Below, one piece after another: positions 59,940 through 64,000 of a stretch of DNA of 64,000 bases. The first letter of the stretch is position 1, and each line of letters starts with the position of its first letter. Made by a program: the position numbers and the translations under genes. Source of the DNA: Chrysomallon squamiferum (taxonomy: Eukaryota > Animalia > Mollusca); the NCBI GenBank assembly GCA_012295275.1, contig CM022677.1, positions 5,828,001 through 5,892,000 of the forward strand, given 5' to 3'. The notes under the pieces were generated by a model that ran no database searches, was not told the DNA's origin, and saw nothing but the letters and a program-made list of their open reading frames with translations.

Positions 59940-61790
59940 ACCAGCCGATATATTTGGTCAAACTGATATCACACGAAAACAATTGTTTATAAATTTGAAA
60001 GACAGAGAAACTGTCAGAAGAAACTCTAAAGTTCTGAAAGGCTCGTTTTGGTGTCAGTGAAGAGCTTTCTCGCTAGTTTCTGAAACGCAGAAAACGTTTA
60101 AGGCCAAAGATGACTTAGACAAGAAGATTTGGACGCGGTGACACATTACTGGGTCACTAACTTTATTGGAAGGTAAACGATCGTTTCCAGATACTGAAAT
60201 ACAAGATAAACATATCGCATCTAACATTTGCAACTCTCAAATTATCAATCGAAACAAGCGTGTCCACAATTACTCCTCACTATGGATGACCACGCCTAGG
60301 ACAGTCCTAAGATCGACGCTGCTGCTAGTCAAACCGAACAGACTGAGTATCGAACAATTTCTGTTACACGTCCAGCTGTAAATATCGTATTTTTAAATGT
60401 CTCCAGTTTGACAAATAAACTGCATGTACGAAAGGTTTTAAACTGTTTTGATTCAGATAGGTAAACATTTCTTAATATGAACAGCTTAACGCCACGGTGA
60501 ACAGTATCAGTTACCAATTCGTGAACATCACAGTAAACACAGTTAGATAACCTCGAAGCAAATCTACCGCTAGGCGTGTAAAAATGACACGGTTTGGTTG
60601 TAATTCACATCATTCAGAAGAAAAGAAACAGATGCCAAAACATTTTAACAATAGGAAAACATAATAAAACAATAGAATGACTTATAAAGACCAGTAAGCA
60701 GTACAAGAATGTAATATTAAAACGGTTTAAGAAGACAAATCCGGAAAACAGAACAGAAGCTTACAATCTTAGCAAATAAACCACGTGAATATTTTAGGAT
60801 TGTAATCTATCTCCTTTAGAAACACTGTATCTATACTTCCCTGAAGTAAACATCAGTGATGACAGGCTCCACAATAAAAAATTACCACAGATTCAGAAAA
60901 TAATAGTTTCCTAAAAAACCCTATTTTAGAATGTAAAATACTCACAATTGTTAAAACTATCAAGACAACAAAACTTTGGGTCTAGACAATATAATTAATG
61001 AATATATTAAGCAAACTGTTGATTGTATGACACATTAGTATGCGAAACTTTTTAATTTAGTGCCTCAAAAGGGTATTATTCGTGGTTAGTTCGTATAATC
61101 AAGCCAATTTATAAAAGTGGTGAGAAAAATGATGCAGTATATTACAGAACTCTTATATTATTTACCTGCCTCGTTAAACTTTATCGCTGTGTTAAATAAT
61201 AGACTAAAGTTGCATCTTGAAACTAATGATCTGCTATCTGAAGTTCAATCATTAGGATTTATGGAGGATTATTGTATAAATGACCACGAATTGACATTAT
61301 ATGGATTAGCTAAGCTGATTAAAGCACGGAAGAAAAAACTTATTTGTACGTTTATAGATTTCAGCAAAGCTTTCTTGATTCAGTCTGGAGAAAAGAACTT
61401 TGAGGAACATTAATTAGAAATTTTATAAATGGTAAATGTCTGCAGGTAATTTACAATATGTATAGAAATATTAAATCTTGTGTCAGTGCACAAAACTCAT
61501 TAACAGGCTATCTCCCCTGCTAGTGAAAATTGATCTCCTTTACTATTTTCCTTGTATCTTAATGACACAAAAGATATTTTTAAAGTCCTGAATGCCACGG
61601 AATAAACAAAGATGAATTGTTCAGTGATTCTTTAATATGCACATAAAAAGTTTTTTATTTATTTATTTACTTACTTATTTATTTATTTTATTTCACTTTA
61701 TACCACTGATACTAGATCAAGAAGTGTCAAAATCTATAAATGTTTTTGATTCTTACTGCAATAAATGAAAATTAACAGAAAATTGATTCA
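59940..61790 (+). mobile_element. Highly degraded LINE: ORF1 remnant plus RT region
   Basis: ORF1-like TIVYKF..KDRETVRRNSKVLKGS..FGVSEE at ~59975-60070. RT-like GLDNIINEYIK, IIKPIYKSG, FIAVLNNRLK..GF..TFIDFSKAF, SPLLFSLYLND at ~60975-61570; many stops and frameshifts. Confidence 0.85.
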
Positions 61791-61865
61791 GGCCTTTCGA
61801 GAAGCCGCGCAGTGACAAATAACAAACTTTATACTTATGGCTTATGTATATTATAATTAATATTT

Positions 61866-61922
<57 letters not shown>

Positions 61923-62859
61923 CTAATGAATAAATATAATAATAATTATTCTATACAAAGTATATATTAAGATATAATTCTATTTAATAATAATAAAATA
62001 ATATTAAGTAATAAATATAAAATGAGTTTCTTGAAGCTAAACGAAGATGAAAAGTTAATTACATACATACATACATACATACACGCACACGCACACACAC
62101 ATATCCCTAAAAGTTAACTTTTCTTGTGTAAAATTTGACACAAGATTTATTATTATTATCATCATCATTACTATTATTATTATTATTATTGTTATTATTA
62201 TTATGATTATTATTATTATTATTTTATTTATTATTTTATTAACTTTATTTTATTTATTAATTTATTAACTTATCATTTTATTAACTTATTTATTTTTTAT
62301 TTATTATTATTTTTTGCGTAATAGTTTGGTCAAAGACGACCCCACATATGCAAATCAGTCAAAATATAAAATAAAATAAAAATCACCTACATATAAATAC
62401 ATGTAGTTATCAGTCATACACGTAATACAAAACTAAATAAATACCTCAAATAATATTAAAATTAAAATTCGTACAAAGAAGTAAATAAGTTGACAAATAA
62501 ATATATAAATAAATTAAAATCAATTAAACAGGGAGTTCCACATACTCAAACGTTTCTGTAGTTTAATTATTGTTCTTGTATGTTAATTAATTAATTTATT
62601 TTAGTTTTGTGTTTCTATATACTGTATGAATAACAGTTACAGGACTAATAGGCAAATCTCTCGTCGTTTTGACAATGAACGTCTAAGTACAGTTCGCTCT
62701 GTAACCACGTTAGTTGATTTTATTGATTTTAATAAACGTTTTACATTGTGTACAAAATCATCCACATCTGACCTCTGACTATGGTCACTGACGACTGACA
62801 AAAACACTGGACAGCTGTGCTTAACTCACTTGGTGATCTTTCAATACTGTCACGCATGT

Positions 62860-63250
62860 AACACCACGTGCACAGGCGACATTGCGTGATTTCTCTTCTA
62901 GCTGACGTCAGATGATTCGCTTCACGCTTTACAAAAAGCTTTTAGGACCCACGCAGTTTGTTGATATCTTTGAGGTCGCAGTTCAGGTCAACCATGTATT
63001 TGAGTACGGCTAGATCGTTACGATTTTTACAAACGTGTTGAAACTGGTTTGCATGCAGGGTAAGAAAGAGACGGAAAGAATATAGGGGTAGCGGGATGGA
63101 CAGTACCAACTACGTGAACTAAACAGTAACATCGTGCTTTACAAAGTTGCCCAGAATATCAAATTAATAACACATTTACTTACTTTTCTGAAGTCTAAGA
63201 ATATAGTAAGTAATTAAGTAAGTAATGAGAAATTCGATGCTTTAATACAC
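62860..63250 (+). promoter_or_regulatory. Repeated module B (CRE plus non-coding first-exon-like segment ending at a gtaag donor); copies at ~40830-41260 and ~55285-55680
   Basis: TGACGTCA 62903-62910 and aaactggtttgcatgcagg|gtaag at 63060. The paralog has tttgcatacaag|gtaag at 41071; the 55-kb copy has lost both the CRE and the donor. Confidence 0.45.
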
Positions 63251-63799
63251 AAGAGATAGGTATTATGCAGCTACGATGATTTTAGCATTAATTTATCCAT
63301 ATAAAAGAAGACACTGCAAACATACAGAAAATAAACACTGATACATTTGATTTTGAAACAATTCGTATTAACTTTCATTTCTTTATATTTTTCATCTTCT
63401 TCTTTCTCATTCTTTTCTCAAATTACAATTATCTAGAAATAAATGTAAGCCAACAGCAAATATCTCATTTCGGGTATTATTCTCGTTGTTTTGATAAAAT
63501 AAATTCAGAAACATGTACGTATGTATTTATATATTATGCGTGCGTATGTGGGGTAGTATTTGTTATTGGATGTCGACCTATATGTGTATATTGTCTGCAG
63601 TTCTTATACATGTGTATACTTATATCATGTATATCATTACGTTTGTGCAGATCTTTTTGCGAACACTCTGTTTTAGAAAATGAAACCGTCCACTAAAACA
63701 ACGAAGTAAAAAAAAGAAAGAAAATAACAGACAGAAAATTCATCAATAAACATTTAACAAATTTTATCTATTATTAATATGTGTGTCAACAAGAAAAAA

Positions 63800-63935
63800 A
63801 CAAAACAATCTTCAATCTAAAAAGCTGAAACAGTTGTAATTAGGACAAACAGGATGGAATCTTGGAAGTCTTTCCATATCAGAATTGTTGAACATTTAAC
63901 TTCACTGATCAAATACATTTACCTTTTTCCTATAC
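63800..63935. repeat. Paralog of ~38050-38210
   Basis: acaggatg.aat.ttggaagt.tttccatatc..aattgttg.acatttaa shared. Confidence 0.75.
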
Positions 63936-64000
63936 AGAAAGTGAAAAAATCCAAATACCTAGATAGTGAAAAAATCCAAATACCTAGAAAGTGAAAAAAT
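63936..64000. repeat. 25-bp tandem repeat running off the window end
   Basis: agaaagtgaaaaaatccaaatacct about 2.6 times; a degenerate relative lies at ~38275-38370. Confidence 0.85.

Overview
AT-rich, microsatellite-rich eukaryotic (animal) DNA. The nSTAND3-ankyrin gene and the LINE remnants suggest a mollusc, but the species cannot be determined from the sequence. The main feature is a minus-strand, NLR-like STAND gene (~22.6-30.4 kb). It has small 5' exons (one with a RHIM-like motif), then one ~6-kb exon encoding an nSTAND3-type P-loop NTPase, a helical linker and ~30+ ankyrin repeats. The repeats are built as two-repeat units in which every second repeat carries a hypervariable insert. 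In this assembly the exon has two 1-nt frameshifts and one CGA>TGA stop. An internally deleted paralog remnant lies at ~57.6-57.9 kb. The left 10 kb holds two intron-containing pseudogene fragments facing each other: CAMSAP/Patronin (minus) and an unidentified gene (plus). The right half (38-64 kb) is a patchwork of duplications: a near-identical ~5.2-kb tandem duplication, about 8 copies of a promoter/first-exon-like module, two degraded LINEs and a Helitron-like 3' end. Most ORFs in the track are microsatellite artefacts. No rRNA, tRNA or CRISPR was recognised. All alignments were made by eye.
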